Positions 9,615-19,780 of a stretch of DNA of 64,000 nt are shown here, piece after piece. Within the stretch, counting starts at the first letter, position 1. Each line of letters opens with the position of its first letter. This DNA comes from an uncultured Bacteriovoracaceae bacterium (lineage in GTDB: Bacteria; Bdellovibrionota; Bacteriovoracia; Bacteriovoracales; Bacteriovoracaceae). A program made the position numbers and the translations under genes. The stretch covers positions 64,001 to 128,000 of the forward strand of contig CAXGUD010000003.1 of assembly GCA_964012805.1 (NCBI GenBank), read 5' to 3'. Below the pieces are notes generated by a model that was given only the letters and a program-made list of their open reading frames with translations, was not told the origin of the DNA and searched no databases.

Positions 9615-10457
9615 ATGGAAATAAATTTGGTTCAAGAGGAGAAACTCCTAATCGACGGAATTGAAATGCCCGTGAATAAAGTCGTCCATGCGACATGGAT
9701 AATGGAAATGGATTTTCAAAAGACACTTATTGAGCTTGTTGGTGGAGAGGTAAAGGGTATTGAGGAAGGTCTAAAATCTGGTAAATATAATTTTGCAAAA
9801 CTCCAAATAAGTCACCATACCAATGATTGTGGACCAACCTCCTTGGGAACTGAAAGGTCAGATGTTATTGGTTATGCTCTTGTAGATAATACCTTTGTAA
9901 AAAGTCTAAATTTAGGCTCAAAAGAAGTGCTTTCTCTTGCAAGTATTGATGAGTTTCGTGGAATTATTTGGCACAACATAGAACAGAGTAAAGCTTATGA
10001 AAAGGGACTAAAAGACCTTGTTCAGAAAATAATAGATTTTTTCTCTTTTGATTTTGCAAAAGTTCAGAGAAAGCTAGGTCCAATTTCTAAAAACTTTTTG
10101 GAAGTGGAGGAGAAGAATTACGAATACATAACAATTATCGCTTTAAGACCTAATACGACAGATCACTTTAGTCTCAACTCAGCCGACTGGAAACAGCACA
10201 TGGGTTTAAAATATGGGCGTTATCAATCATTTTTAACGGAAACTTTTGCTATTTGTGAAGATGAAAATATTAAAGTTTCAAATCAAAACTATGAGATTAT
10301 CGATGTTAGTGAGCTTTTTAATGGAGATGGATCTAAAAAAAGTGACGAAGCTGTTTTAAGGTATTTTGGGACATCTCTAAAGAATGTTGTGCCGATGCTT
10401 AAACGAACCATCCTCAGAAGGCTGGAACGTTTAAGAAAGCAAAAGGAAGCAAGTTAG
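9615..10457 (+). CDS. Hypothetical cytoplasmic protein (280 aa)
   Basis: AAGGA RBS, 14 nt after the CheX-domain gene; no recognised motif. Confidence 0.75.
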   Translation: MEINLVQEEKLLIDGIEMPVNKVVHATWIMEMDFQKTLIELVGGEVKGIEEGLKSGKYNFAKLQISHHTNDCGPTSLGTERSDVIGYALVDNTFVKSLNLGSKEVLSLASIDEFRGIIWHNIEQSKAYEKGLKDLVQKIIDFFSFDFAKVQRKLGPISKNFLEVEEKNYEYITIIALRPNTTDHFSLNSADWKQHMGLKYGRYQSFLTETFAICEDENIKVSNQNYEIIDVSELFNGDGSKKSDEAVLRYFGTSLKNVVPMLKRTILRRLERLRKQKEAS

Positions 10458-10468
10458 AAGTACCCTAT

Positions 10469-13400
10469 TTACTTTAAAGGCAAAAAGTTCATGGAAAAGC
10501 TCTCTTTATCTCCATCTTTTTCATAACAAAATAAAGAAAAGGCAAATGTTTGGTTCTTTCCAAATGGAACTGGATTCATACTTCTGCAGTTTTGCGGAAT
10601 GGAAAGATTGTATTTGATCGGAGAGATAAGGTCTCCTCTTCCATTTAATGTTAAAAGGTAAATATCACTTCTATTGATTTGAGTTGAATCTACGTAAAGA
10701 GCTGGAAGGGTTTTAGCTTTTTCTCCTTTTACAATCGGATAGAATGTTTCACTAAATAATGACCCAGGTAGAAAACTAAATCTATGAATTGGTCTTGATT
10801 TAACTGTAATCTTACCAGTCCTACGATCAGAAATGTGAAGACCGAGGTTTCCTTTTGTTTGAAAAAAAGTATAGTTTTTTTGGCCTTTTTTATAGGTTGC
10901 TAGAGCTCCAAAAATATGGTCCCTTTTATAGGACTGTCTATAGACGTTGCTATCTAAAAGGGTAAATGGATTATCGCTTTGAGAACCTGATAACTCAGTA
11001 AACCTTATGGTCGTTTCATTATACAAGCCTACAAAAAGGCTAGAACTTTTAAAGTTGGCTTTACCTCTAATTTCAGTAACTGGGAACAGGTCATGACCTT
11101 CTAGGTGAATGGAGTTAGTCTCTAAAGTTGAACCCTCAAAAATCGGTAGGCCTTTTAGGTTAACCAAGTGGGTCGTTGTTTCAAAGTTTTTGCCAGTAGA
11201 AATAATGCCTTTAGATACTCCATTTTTTAAATCTTTTTGAGATTGGGGAAGAACAAAGAGAAGGTTTATTTGATCATTCCACTTAAGATTAAGTTTATCT
11301 TTAATGACTTTATCCCATAGGTAGTTATCCATAATTCTTGTTTTGATTTCAAAATTATTTTTCTCAGCATTAAAGCTAGGTTTAAAAAAGTAAAAGTGCC
11401 TATTCTTAGAAAGGTCAGGAGTCATCCAAGGGTCAGGGTTTTTGTCTGCTTTAGGTATTCTTCCCTCAGCAAGAAATAAAGGAATGGCAATTTTACCAAT
11501 TTTCTCAATATGATTAGGAATAAAAATGGCTTTTCTTAAGTCAAGAACAACTGTCTCTGGAACAAAAGTGTGATGAGAATATTGTTTGAAGAGAGGGTTA
11601 CCAAATTGATTGAAATAAGAGTATTGAATAAACTTTTCATTCCCACTTTTTGCCAATGATCTCAAAAAGTAGTCGGGTTTTCCATCATAATTCATATCGA
11701 GTACGATGATAGAAAGGAGTTGGGTTGCATTTGGTAGAAAAAGGCTTTTTTCTACCTTAGCAAATGTTTGCCCACTTTTCTTGAACAGGATAACATTAAG
11801 GCCTTTGTCTTTATTCTCATCCTTCTGGCTTTTTGTAATGTAGTATTCAGGATAATTTTTTTGAAAATATGGATCTTGCACTGTTTTTACAAGTGGGATT
11901 AGGTTCCCATTTATGAGTCTACCGACCGGTGATTTATCAGAATTACCGCCAATTTGAAGGCGTTGAAGATCATCTCCTTTGAGGGTTCTAGAAATTTTCC
12001 AATTATTTGTAAAGTTACCTATTAAATTCTCTTTGTGATAGATTTTAACTTTTAAATCAAGAGAATTGTCACCTTCGAGGTCCGAGATAAAGCCTTTAAG
12101 AGAAATTATTTTTATTCCGCCACTTTTGAGATCTTTTATCTTGAAAAAATCTTTTTCAAGTTGAATTAAATTTTGTTGGGAATAGACCTTGATTGAAAGG
12201 TCACTAATTTCTTTCCAGAAGTTTTTTATTTTTAGGTCAAGCTTCCATTCATTTATTCTAGGATCTACTTTTATAGTTGGCTGGTCTTTAAAAATTGGTC
12301 TCACTATGGGAGATGATTTTAAATAGATTGCTTTTTCTAAATTAGGAAGTCCACCTGATACGTATTTTACAGAGTCAGTCGTATCTATTTCTCTTGAGCT
12401 TAAGAAAATTCTGGCCTTTACTTCATCGCTTGAAATATCTGGGTTGATGGCTTTTAAAGCCGCTGCAAGCCCCGCTATGTAAGGAGCAGACTGACTCGTA
12501 CCATTTTTAATTTCATAACCTTTTACAGAAAAGAAGTCCGGGTCGAGTTTTTGGGGATAAGTTGATAAAATGTTGTCTCCAGGTGCAAGAATGTCAACAT
12601 GGCCACCATAGTTGGAAAAGTTGGATATACGACCGTCAATACTCATTGATCCTACGCAGATAACCCCTTCGTAGGAGCAAGGAAAGATAGGGCTTTGATT
12701 ATTATTATTACCAGCAGCAGCAACAATAATTATATTTTTTTCAATAGCCGCTTTGACAGCCTCTTTTAAGTAATTTGTATCAAGGATAAGCGGCCATCCA
12801 AGACTCATATTAATAACATCGACATCTTTCTTAATCGCATAAAGAATCCCTTTCGCAATACGGTCTGTAAGACTTCCATTTGGACCTCGTCCTGAGTTTC
12901 TGCCGCCTTCATTTTTTTGAAGAACTTTTATTGGAAGGATTTTAACCTTTGGAATAAAGCCGCTTATTCCCTTTTTATTACCAGTGGTCGCAGCAATAAT
13001 CCCAGCAACATGAGTACCATGCCCTATATCATCATAGGGGCGGTTATCTCCGCCTTTTTTACTGGAAACATAGTTCCACCCCATGCAATCGCCGATCAAA
13101 CCATTATTATCTTTATCCTCTTTCGGCCTAAAAGGTAACCCTCCTCGAGAGTTACATTCTGTCTCGCTTTTAAGGATATTGTCTTTTAGGTCCGGGTGCT
13201 CGAGGTCAAGGCCAGAATCTAAAACGGCTACAATTGTATCTCTTTTCATGAGGTTAGGAAGCTTTTTTCTGATAGACTTCCAGCCCATATCCATGCCACT
13301 TTTCCCTTCGAGAACTTCCGAATGAATATCATCTAGATCTTTTAGAACCTTTTGGCCTGAGTTGTAGAGTGACCATTGAAAGGGTAAAAAAGTATCATTC

Positions 13401-13789
13401 TCTAACCTTGGTGCTGCAGGGTTAATCTTAATAGATAGCGCATTAACATTGTGTATAGGTTCAATAGATTCAATAGGAAGTTTTTTTAAAAGTGTGTCCT
13501 GTATTCTATCTTTAAAAGATGAGGTTCCTTCAAATTTTAATTCATATAACCTTCTAAAATAATCATTATTAAAATTATCAAAACGTTTTAATGAAATGAC
13601 TTTTAAATATTTTTCAATTTTCTTTAACTGGGTTTTTGTAGGTACCTTTTTAAAGGTAAAAAGTATGGTTTGAACCATTCTTTTTTCTTTAGTAGTAAAG
13701 GGTGTCGTCGTGCTATGTCCACTTACTGGTAAAAGAGTGGTTATTGTTAACATTGTAGTGAGGAAGAAAAAGTAAAATTGCTTAATCAT
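10469..13789 (-). CDS. Secreted S8 subtilisin-like serine protease with long C-terminal extension
   Basis: Signal peptide; VAVLDSG (Asp), GHGTHVAG (His), AAAGN (oxyanion), NGTSQSAP (Ser). Confidence 0.92.
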   Translation of the reverse strand: MIKQFYFFFLTTMLTITTLLPVSGHSTTTPFTTKEKRMVQTILFTFKKVPTKTQLKKIEKYLKVISLKRFDNFNNDYFRRLYELKFEGTSSFKDRIQDTLLKKLPIESIEPIHNVNALSIKINPAAPRLENDTFLPFQWSLYNSGQKVLKDLDDIHSEVLEGKSGMDMGWKSIRKKLPNLMKRDTIVAVLDSGLDLEHPDLKDNILKSETECNSRGGLPFRPKEDKDNNGLIGDCMGWNYVSSKKGGDNRPYDDIGHGTHVAGIIAATTGNKKGISGFIPKVKILPIKVLQKNEGGRNSGRGPNGSLTDRIAKGILYAIKKDVDVINMSLGWPLILDTNYLKEAVKAAIEKNIIIVAAAGNNNNQSPIFPCSYEGVICVGSMSIDGRISNFSNYGGHVDILAPGDNILSTYPQKLDPDFFSVKGYEIKNGTSQSAPYIAGLAAALKAINPDISSDEVKARIFLSSREIDTTDSVKYVSGGLPNLEKAIYLKSSPIVRPIFKDQPTIKVDPRINEWKLDLKIKNFWKEISDLSIKVYSQQNLIQLEKDFFKIKDLKSGGIKIISLKGFISDLEGDNSLDLKVKIYHKENLIGNFTNNWKISRTLKGDDLQRLQIGGNSDKSPVGRLINGNLIPLVKTVQDPYFQKNYPEYYITKSQKDENKDKGLNVILFKKSGQTFAKVEKSLFLPNATQLLSIIVLDMNYDGKPDYFLRSLAKSGNEKFIQYSYFNQFGNPLFKQYSHHTFVPETVVLDLRKAIFIPNHIEKIGKIAIPLFLAEGRIPKADKNPDPWMTPDLSKNRHFYFFKPSFNAEKNNFEIKTRIMDNYLWDKVIKDKLNLKWNDQINLLFVLPQSQKDLKNGVSKGIISTGKNFETTTHLVNLKGLPIFEGSTLETNSIHLEGHDLFPVTEIRGKANFKSSSLFVGLYNETTIRFTELSGSQSDNPFTLLDSNVYRQSYKRDHIFGALATYKKGQKNYTFFQTKGNLGLHISDRRTGKITVKSRPIHRFSFLPGSLFSETFYPIVKGEKAKTLPALYVDSTQINRSDIYLLTLNGRGDLISPIKYNLSIPQNCRSMNPVPFGKNQTFAFSLFCYEKDGDKESFSMNFLPLK

Positions 13790-13943
13790 TTTTTTAAGGC
13801 TCCATAAAGCATTTAAAGGCAGTCTAAACTGACCCTGACATTTATATTAAAATTGGAGGGAAAAAGGGAGACTCTTTGTATAAATTTAGAGAAAACAGCG
13901 ATGATTTTTAGGACAAATATCCCTTTTTTCAACAAAACCTGTT

Positions 13944-15020
13944 TTATTGCGGTGCATTTTGCTGTGTACTGACTAGTTTGAAGTAAGGTGTTTCGTCTTC
14001 TGAGCCTAGGACTTCAATACATTTGTCGATTTTTTTACCTTTCATATGAATAACCAGGTTTATGTTTTGACAGATCATTTTTAAGACCATGTTGAAAGGA
14101 AAAGAATCTTTTGGAGAATAAAAACAAAAAAGCCAAGCCAATCTTAGAAGGGCATCGGGAGCTGAGTTAGCATGTATTGTGGCCATCATTCCTTCATGTC
14201 CTGTATTCATTTGAAGAAGAAAATTTAAAGCTTCCTTTGACCTTATCTCTCCCATGATCATCCTGTCGGGCTTCATTCTCAAAGCATAATTTAAATATTG
14301 GACTAGACTTTTTTTTGAGCTTTTTTCGTCAGCCAGAAAGCTTGTCGTTAAAGGGCTTTTCCTTGAAAGTTCCCTTGTTTCTTCAAATATAATTATATGC
14401 TCACTTTTGGGTATTTTATTCAAGACTGTATTTAGAAATGTTGTTTTCCCTGATCCTGTTTGACCACTAATTAGGATATTATTTTTATTTTTAATAGAAG
14501 ACGTAATAAATTTTTTATCTTCTTCAGATATATCAAAGTTTGAGAGCCCTAAGGGGTCTTTTGTATGTCTTCTTAGAAATAGTTTTGAATGTTTTGAAGA
14601 AAGGCTAGAAAAATGGATAAGAGTGGCTCTGAAAGAAACACCATAGAAAGAAGTATAGAAACTGGCAAAGGGTTGTGAGTAATTCCAGTCAACTTTTTCT
14701 TTAAGGCATAGGATTTCTAGAGCAAGTTGGAGGTCAGGAATTGGCTTTATTTCCTTGGTAATAGATTTTTCAACAATGTTCATTGTTTCAATTTGAATGA
14801 ATTTTGGAGAATGGACAATTATCTCTCTATGAAGTGGATTTTTAAAAAAAGGAGAAAGTTCAGAAAAATTTACTGTTTGATCAAACCAATTTCTAAAAAA
14901 ATCTTTGTTTTTTGAGTCCAATTTTTGGTTAAAGTAGGATGAAAAAATTTGATCTGGCTGGAAAACTTGCCCTTGATTTAATCCCCTTTGAAAGATCTCT
15001 TTGAATTCATTAAAAGGCAT
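13944..15020 (-). CDS. tadA: CpaF/TadA-family Flp pilus assembly ATPase
   Basis: GQTGSGKTT Walker A, FEETREL Asp box, ALRMKPDRMIMGEIR, MNTGHEG...TIHANS His box. Confidence 0.88.
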   Translation of the reverse strand: MPFNEFKEIFQRGLNQGQVFQPDQIFSSYFNQKLDSKNKDFFRNWFDQTVNFSELSPFFKNPLHREIIVHSPKFIQIETMNIVEKSITKEIKPIPDLQLALEILCLKEKVDWNYSQPFASFYTSFYGVSFRATLIHFSSLSSKHSKLFLRRHTKDPLGLSNFDISEEDKKFITSSIKNKNNILISGQTGSGKTTFLNTVLNKIPKSEHIIIFEETRELSRKSPLTTSFLADEKSSKKSLVQYLNYALRMKPDRMIMGEIRSKEALNFLLQMNTGHEGMMATIHANSAPDALLRLAWLFCFYSPKDSFPFNMVLKMICQNINLVIHMKGKKIDKCIEVLGSEDETPYFKLVSTQQNAPQ

Positions 15021-15041
15021 AGCTTATCCTATATGGTTATA

Positions 15042-16676
15042 TTATTTTTTTGTTAGAAGAATGACTGCTGAAATTTTTTTGTAGTGATTTATTGTTGTCG
15101 TATTTTCAAAAAAGAAACCTAAAATAGGAATTTCTTTAAGCCATGGAAAATAGTTATTTTCTTTAGATTTTGACTTTAATCCTATTTCAAATACTTTTAA
15201 TGGCCTGTTTAACAATATTTTTAATCTTCCACTTTCCTCGTTTCCCGAGAAAGATTGGGAAGATTGAGATGAAGGGGCACTAAACTTAATAATATAATCA
15301 AGTAGAAAGTATCTCTTGTGAGGTTTTAGGGTGAGGTTTAAATCGAGTCCAGTAAATTTCCAATTGAACTTATGTGGCATGGAAATATCTTTTGGTATTC
15401 TTATTTTTTGGATTGGTATTTCACTTCCAACCTTTATTTTTAGTGGTGAATGGGGTTGAATTATTGATTCAGGCTCAGCGAGAATAGTCAGGTTTAAATC
15501 TCTTCCTTTAAAGTAAAAATTTTGTTGTATGAGTAGTCTATTAAAGTCATTTTTATAAAGGTCGATTAGGTTACCCGAAATACCCTCAAGACCAGCTCCA
15601 AACTCAGATCCATCTTGTTTTTCTAAGTTGAGAAGTTTTATTTTAATGAGGTAGTTCTCAAAGGAGTCCTTTTTTTTAGGAATCAGGGAGACATTAAAGT
15701 AATTTGAAATTTTTTTTATTTCTTGCTTGGAGAGTGGAGAGTCGGAAGGATAGAGGCAGAGGAGTTTAAACCCTTTTGTCTCACATTTAAGACTTTCTTT
15801 ACCTTCCAAACTGAGGGCCTTCATAATTTTATTTCTTAATTCATTCTTGAGTGAATTTGATAAAGAGCCTTTAAAGAAAAAGGAATCAGGATGTTTTTTG
15901 TATAGTCTATGAATAAGCCGGAAGTGGCCAAATGTGGATAATGTGCCCTTGGTTAGAATTAATGGCCCTTTAAGTTCAGTTTGAAGATTTATGGACTGGA
16001 GTGTTTCTGCTATGCGTAATAGTCTCAAGTGCGTCTTTTTAGAGAGAACGTAAATTTTAAAGGTTCTTTTTCCCTTCTCATCCCAAGTAACGAGCTCTGT
16101 GAAACCAAGCTTTTTACCCTTTATCAAAATATTTCTTAGGACATGGGAAACCTTATAAGAAATAATATCTTTATTACCTACGGTAAAGTTTTGGAGGTTT
16201 AGAGTTTGTATTTCTCTATGTTCCCCTATAGAAATCAATAGGTTATGACTTATGTGGTTTTTTTTTAACATCATTTGAGCACCTGCAGGTGTAAGATAAA
16301 GGCTTCCGGAAATGAATAAAATTTTGACATTGAGCTTATCAATGGGTAAATAACTGAGATTAAGCAATGTAGTTAAGGATAGGTCGTTTTCCCAATCCCT
16401 GTTGTGGTAAGAGAGGAGAGAAAAAATGGTTTCAAACACAGCCGTCACTAGAAATAGAAGAAGAAATAAACTTAAAAAGATGGGCTCAAAAAGAAAGGCT
16501 GAAAACAAAAATAAGGGTACAACCCCTAAGTTTTCCATCCATCTTGATAAAGTTGAAGACAAGAAGTAACCCTCTTCTAATACAAGAAAATTCCAATTGA
16601 AAAATAGAGGACAGAAAAGATGATTCTGTCCTTTTTTTTCGTATTCTTTCTGATTTTGATAATGTTTTGTTTCCAT
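15042..16676 (-). CDS. RcpA/CpaC-like Flp pilus secretin; true start uncertain
   Basis: Pilus-secretin N-domain (TVGNKDI...IKGKKLGFTELVTW), KVGSEIPI, WKFTGL, FPWLKEIPILGFFF. Confidence 0.75.
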   Translation of the reverse strand: METKHYQNQKEYEKKGQNHLFCPLFFNWNFLVLEEGYFLSSTLSRWMENLGVVPLFLFSAFLFEPIFLSLFLLLFLVTAVFETIFSLLSYHNRDWENDLSLTTLLNLSYLPIDKLNVKILFISGSLYLTPAGAQMMLKKNHISHNLLISIGEHREIQTLNLQNFTVGNKDIISYKVSHVLRNILIKGKKLGFTELVTWDEKGKRTFKIYVLSKKTHLRLLRIAETLQSINLQTELKGPLILTKGTLSTFGHFRLIHRLYKKHPDSFFFKGSLSNSLKNELRNKIMKALSLEGKESLKCETKGFKLLCLYPSDSPLSKQEIKKISNYFNVSLIPKKKDSFENYLIKIKLLNLEKQDGSEFGAGLEGISGNLIDLYKNDFNRLLIQQNFYFKGRDLNLTILAEPESIIQPHSPLKIKVGSEIPIQKIRIPKDISMPHKFNWKFTGLDLNLTLKPHKRYFLLDYIIKFSAPSSQSSQSFSGNEESGRLKILLNRPLKVFEIGLKSKSKENNYFPWLKEIPILGFFFENTTTINHYKKISAVILLTKK

Positions 16677-16697
16677 TTGATCTGATTCCCGTTTTCT

Positions 16698-17201
16698 TTA
16701 GAATGATATTTCGTAAGATTCTTTTTTATCTTTTTGGACTTCCTTCTTTTTATCTCCGTTTTTTATAGGAACGTAAGGGAATCCCCATAACGTTTTTCCT
16801 AAATGGGGAATTAAAGCTTTTAAGTTTTTTGTAGGAATGGCTACGAGGTAACTCTTTTGATTATTTTCTAAAGACCAAGCTGATCCTTTGTTTTTTATTT
16901 GAGGAAGAAGGAAGGCTTTTTTCACAAGTGTTTTTTTGCTTTCATCTAGTAAGGAAAAAGGTTTAGGTCCACTTCTTGAATCATAGGGAAAGGCAAGGGT
17001 AATAAAAAGATTTAGCTCCGTAGATTTTTGGTCAAAGTACTTCTGTCCAGTTAAACGGCTACTGTTTAATGGATCTTTTTTCGTAGATGAAAGAAGACAA
17101 CTTCCTAAAATCGCTAAGAAGAAATTACCCAAGAGCATAATTGACGAGTTTTTTAAGGAAAGTGGTCTTGAAAAAGGAAATCCTTTTAGACTTTCTTTCA
17201 T
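16698..17201 (-). CDS. Hypothetical Tad-locus protein with N-terminal membrane anchor
   Basis: Between pilin and secretin; one hydrophobic segment; sits where CpaB/RcpC usually lies but motifs not recognised. Confidence 0.55.
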   Translation of the reverse strand: MKESLKGFPFSRPLSLKNSSIMLLGNFFLAILGSCLLSSTKKDPLNSSRLTGQKYFDQKSTELNLFITLAFPYDSRSGPKPFSLLDESKKTLVKKAFLLPQIKNKGSAWSLENNQKSYLVAIPTKNLKALIPHLGKTLWGFPYVPIKNGDKKKEVQKDKKESYEISF

Positions 17202-17215
17202 TAGGCCATCCTTTT

Positions 17216-17413
17216 TTATTTATCCATTGGAAGGTTTTTTGTGATGCTGGTTTTTATATAATTGAGTCTTTTTTCCAGGACCTGACCGATTCTTTTCATT
17301 GCGAAGAGGCAGAAAATGCCTATTAAGCTAGAAATAATAATGTACTCTAAAGTGGCTTGACCTTTTCTGCCCTTTGTTTTTTCCCAGAACTTTCTTCTTA
17401 ATTTTTCCAACAT
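17216..17413 (-). CDS. flp: Flp-type (type IVc) prepilin
   Basis: ATG at 17413 after GAGGGG; basic leader then KG|QATLEYIII (G-1, E+5, Y+6) and hydrophobic helix; 65 aa. Confidence 0.85.
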   Translation of the reverse strand: MLEKLRRKFWEKTKGRKGQATLEYIIISSLIGIFCLFAMKRIGQVLEKRLNYIKTSITKNLPMDK

Positions 17414-17630
17414 ATTTTTGCCCCTCGCTTTATTCAAGCCTCGAAATGCCCTCAAATATGGGCTGTTTTTCTTTTTCTTTTGCAAAAAAGCTTTGAAGAC
17501 TATTTGTTTGTAAGCACTTGAAACAAAAGAAAGGTCATTTTTAGAGGTTAAAAGTATTGAACTTTAAGAAAGATTTTTTGGATGATTAAACTTGATTGCA
17601 TCTCATTGACTCCAATATTAAAATAAGATT

Positions 17631-18410
17631 ATGGATGAAAAAACTAATTTTTATGTATTCGCAAAGAAAGAGATTGCTCTTATTTTCCTCTTTATGATTG
17701 TTATTGCGGTCACTTCATTTGTTCTAGGCGTTAAGGTTGGCAAGTCATACAGCTATGAAAAAGCTGGTTTTACGAAAGAGGATAGGGAAAATATTCTTAT
17801 GAATTCCCGGTCTGAAGAAGTTGTCGAAGACTTGGTTAAAAAAGATAAGTCTACTGAGGAGGACAAAAAGTTAAAAAGAAAGAAAGTCCTTGACTCGACC
17901 TATGAAAAACTGGAGGAAGAATTCAATAAGCTTGATCAAGATGTTAACAAGGCAGAGCCGCCTGAAGCATCTGCTCCACAGGTGAAGCAAGATAAGGCAA
18001 CTCTTCAAGCTTCAAGTCCTTCGACGAAAAAAAAAGAGGAAAAAGTTGACCCAGCGTCTATCGTAAGCGGGAGCCCGAAAGCTCTGGAAAAGAAAGCTCC
18101 TCCAGAGATGACCTATGAAGAGCCGGCACAGATGGTCGTTCCAGAAGCATCAATGAGAGACCAAGTGAGAGGAAAGTTCACTATTCAACTAGGCTCATAT
18201 CAAAGCATGGTTGATGCACAGAGTTTTGCTGATGGTTTCCGCGTAAGGGGCTATAAGGTTATCGTTAATGAGGTGGAACTTAATGGGAGAGGAATTTGGT
18301 TCCGTGTCAGTCTAGGTATCTTTGATTCGGTTTCAGAGGCCAAGAGTTATGTTCTTAGAGAAAAAGTGCTCTTTAAAGGGCAGGACTATGTTATTGGTAG
18401 ATTTAACTAG
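17631..18410 (+). CDS. SPOR-domain protein (FtsN/DedD-like)
   Basis: N-terminal TM, low-complexity linker, FTIQLGSY...WFRVSLGIF SPOR motifs. Confidence 0.88.
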   Translation: MDEKTNFYVFAKKEIALIFLFMIVIAVTSFVLGVKVGKSYSYEKAGFTKEDRENILMNSRSEEVVEDLVKKDKSTEEDKKLKRKKVLDSTYEKLEEEFNKLDQDVNKAEPPEASAPQVKQDKATLQASSPSTKKKEEKVDPASIVSGSPKALEKKAPPEMTYEEPAQMVVPEASMRDQVRGKFTIQLGSYQSMVDAQSFADGFRVRGYKVIVNEVELNGRGIWFRVSLGIFDSVSEAKSYVLREKVLFKGQDYVIGRFN

Positions 18411-18664
18411 AGCTTTATTAAACCTTGAAAAACTTTATCCCTTTCAAAAATTTATCAAAATAGAACATCCTTTGGAGGCTTTTTTTGCCTCGCATCTAAA
18501 TGTAAGAGAAATCTCCTCCCAGGTCTTCTCTAGTATCAGGATAAATTGTTAAAATTTAGAAAATAAGAAAACTGCTTCAAAATCCTCTCAGTTTACTCTA
18601 AATTGAGGAACAGAATAATTGCTAGGCAGTTAAATAAAGAGCTGCTTGAAAAAAGAGGTCAGTT

Positions 18665-19768
18665 ATGAGTGATTTTGTGATAAACTCGGAAACTTTTGCC
18701 CTTATAATGGCCGGCGGAAAAGGGACTCGCTTTTGGCCAGAGTCGACTGAAAGCAAGCCGAAGCAGTATTTGAGTTTATTAGGTGAGAAGTCACTATTAA
18801 AGCAAACAATTGATCGTTTGGATGGATTTGCCCCCTGTGAAAATACTTTTGTTGTTACAGTCAAAGATCAAGAAGGTTTGATAAAGGACAATATGAAAGG
18901 GAGGCTTCCTACTCAGAATGTAATTTTTGAACCTTCAGGTAGAAACACAGCTCCGTGTATCTTATTGTCATTAGCAGAGCTTCTTGATAGGGGAGCATCG
19001 CCTGAAGATGCTGTTGTTATTATGCCATCGGATCATGTGATTTTGAATGAGTCGGGTTTTAAAACCACACTAGAAAAAGCAACTCATCAAGCGGTCAAGT
19101 ATGACTCTATTGTTGTCATTGGTATCCAACCTCATTTTCCTCATACGGGTTATGGATATATAGAGAAAGGTGAGAAGAGGGGAGAAGAACAGCTTAACCT
19201 CTATAAAGTTCGTTCTTTCAAAGAAAAACCATCGAAGGAAAAAGCCATTGATTATTTGAAAAGCGGCTTATACTTTTGGAATGCAGGTCTTTTTATTTCT
19301 AAAATTGGTGTTTTATTGGAGGAATTTAAGACGCATGCGAACTCGAGTTATTCTTATTTTTCGGAAATTCAAAAATTGCTAAAAAACCGCGAGAGTATTG
19401 AGAAAACATATTTGAAGTTACAAAGCCAATCGATTGATTATGCTGTGATGGAAAAGTCCCAAAGGGTTATGGTCGTTCCAGCTGAGTTTGATTGGAGTGA
19501 TTTGGGTTCCTGGGAAGCATTAGAAGAGGTTTTAAGCCCTGAGGATGGCAATACTTTGGTTAAAGTTGAGGGCCATTATGTTAATGAAGCTGAAGGAAAT
19601 ATTGTTTTTGCTCCAGGGAAGTTCGTTTCTCTTGTTGGGGTAAAAGATTTAGTCGTGGTCAGTAATGAAAAGGTTTTAATGGTCATGCCTAAATCAGATT
19701 CCCAAAAAGTTAAGGAAATTGTTGATGCTTTGAAGGTGCGTGAGGAACCTTATAGAGAGCTTTTGTAA
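18665..19768 (+). CDS. manC: Mannose-1-phosphate guanylyltransferase
   Basis: IMAGGKGTRFWP, PKQY, EPSGRNTAP, PSDH, TGYGYI, FKEKP, WNAG, SIDYAVMEK, WSDLGSW. Confidence 0.93.
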   Translation: MSDFVINSETFALIMAGGKGTRFWPESTESKPKQYLSLLGEKSLLKQTIDRLDGFAPCENTFVVTVKDQEGLIKDNMKGRLPTQNVIFEPSGRNTAPCILLSLAELLDRGASPEDAVVIMPSDHVILNESGFKTTLEKATHQAVKYDSIVVIGIQPHFPHTGYGYIEKGEKRGEEQLNLYKVRSFKEKPSKEKAIDYLKSGLYFWNAGLFISKIGVLLEEFKTHANSSYSYFSEIQKLLKNRESIEKTYLKLQSQSIDYAVMEKSQRVMVVPAEFDWSDLGSWEALEEVLSPEDGNTLVKVEGHYVNEAEGNIVFAPGKFVSLVGVKDLVVVSNEKVLMVMPKSDSQKVKEIVDALKVREEPYRELL

Positions 19769-19780
19769 AAGGGTTTATGT

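Noticed and set aside
18475..18491. GAGGC-T7-GCCTC hairpin as terminator after the SPOR gene
   Set aside because: Only a 5-bp stem with no following U-tract
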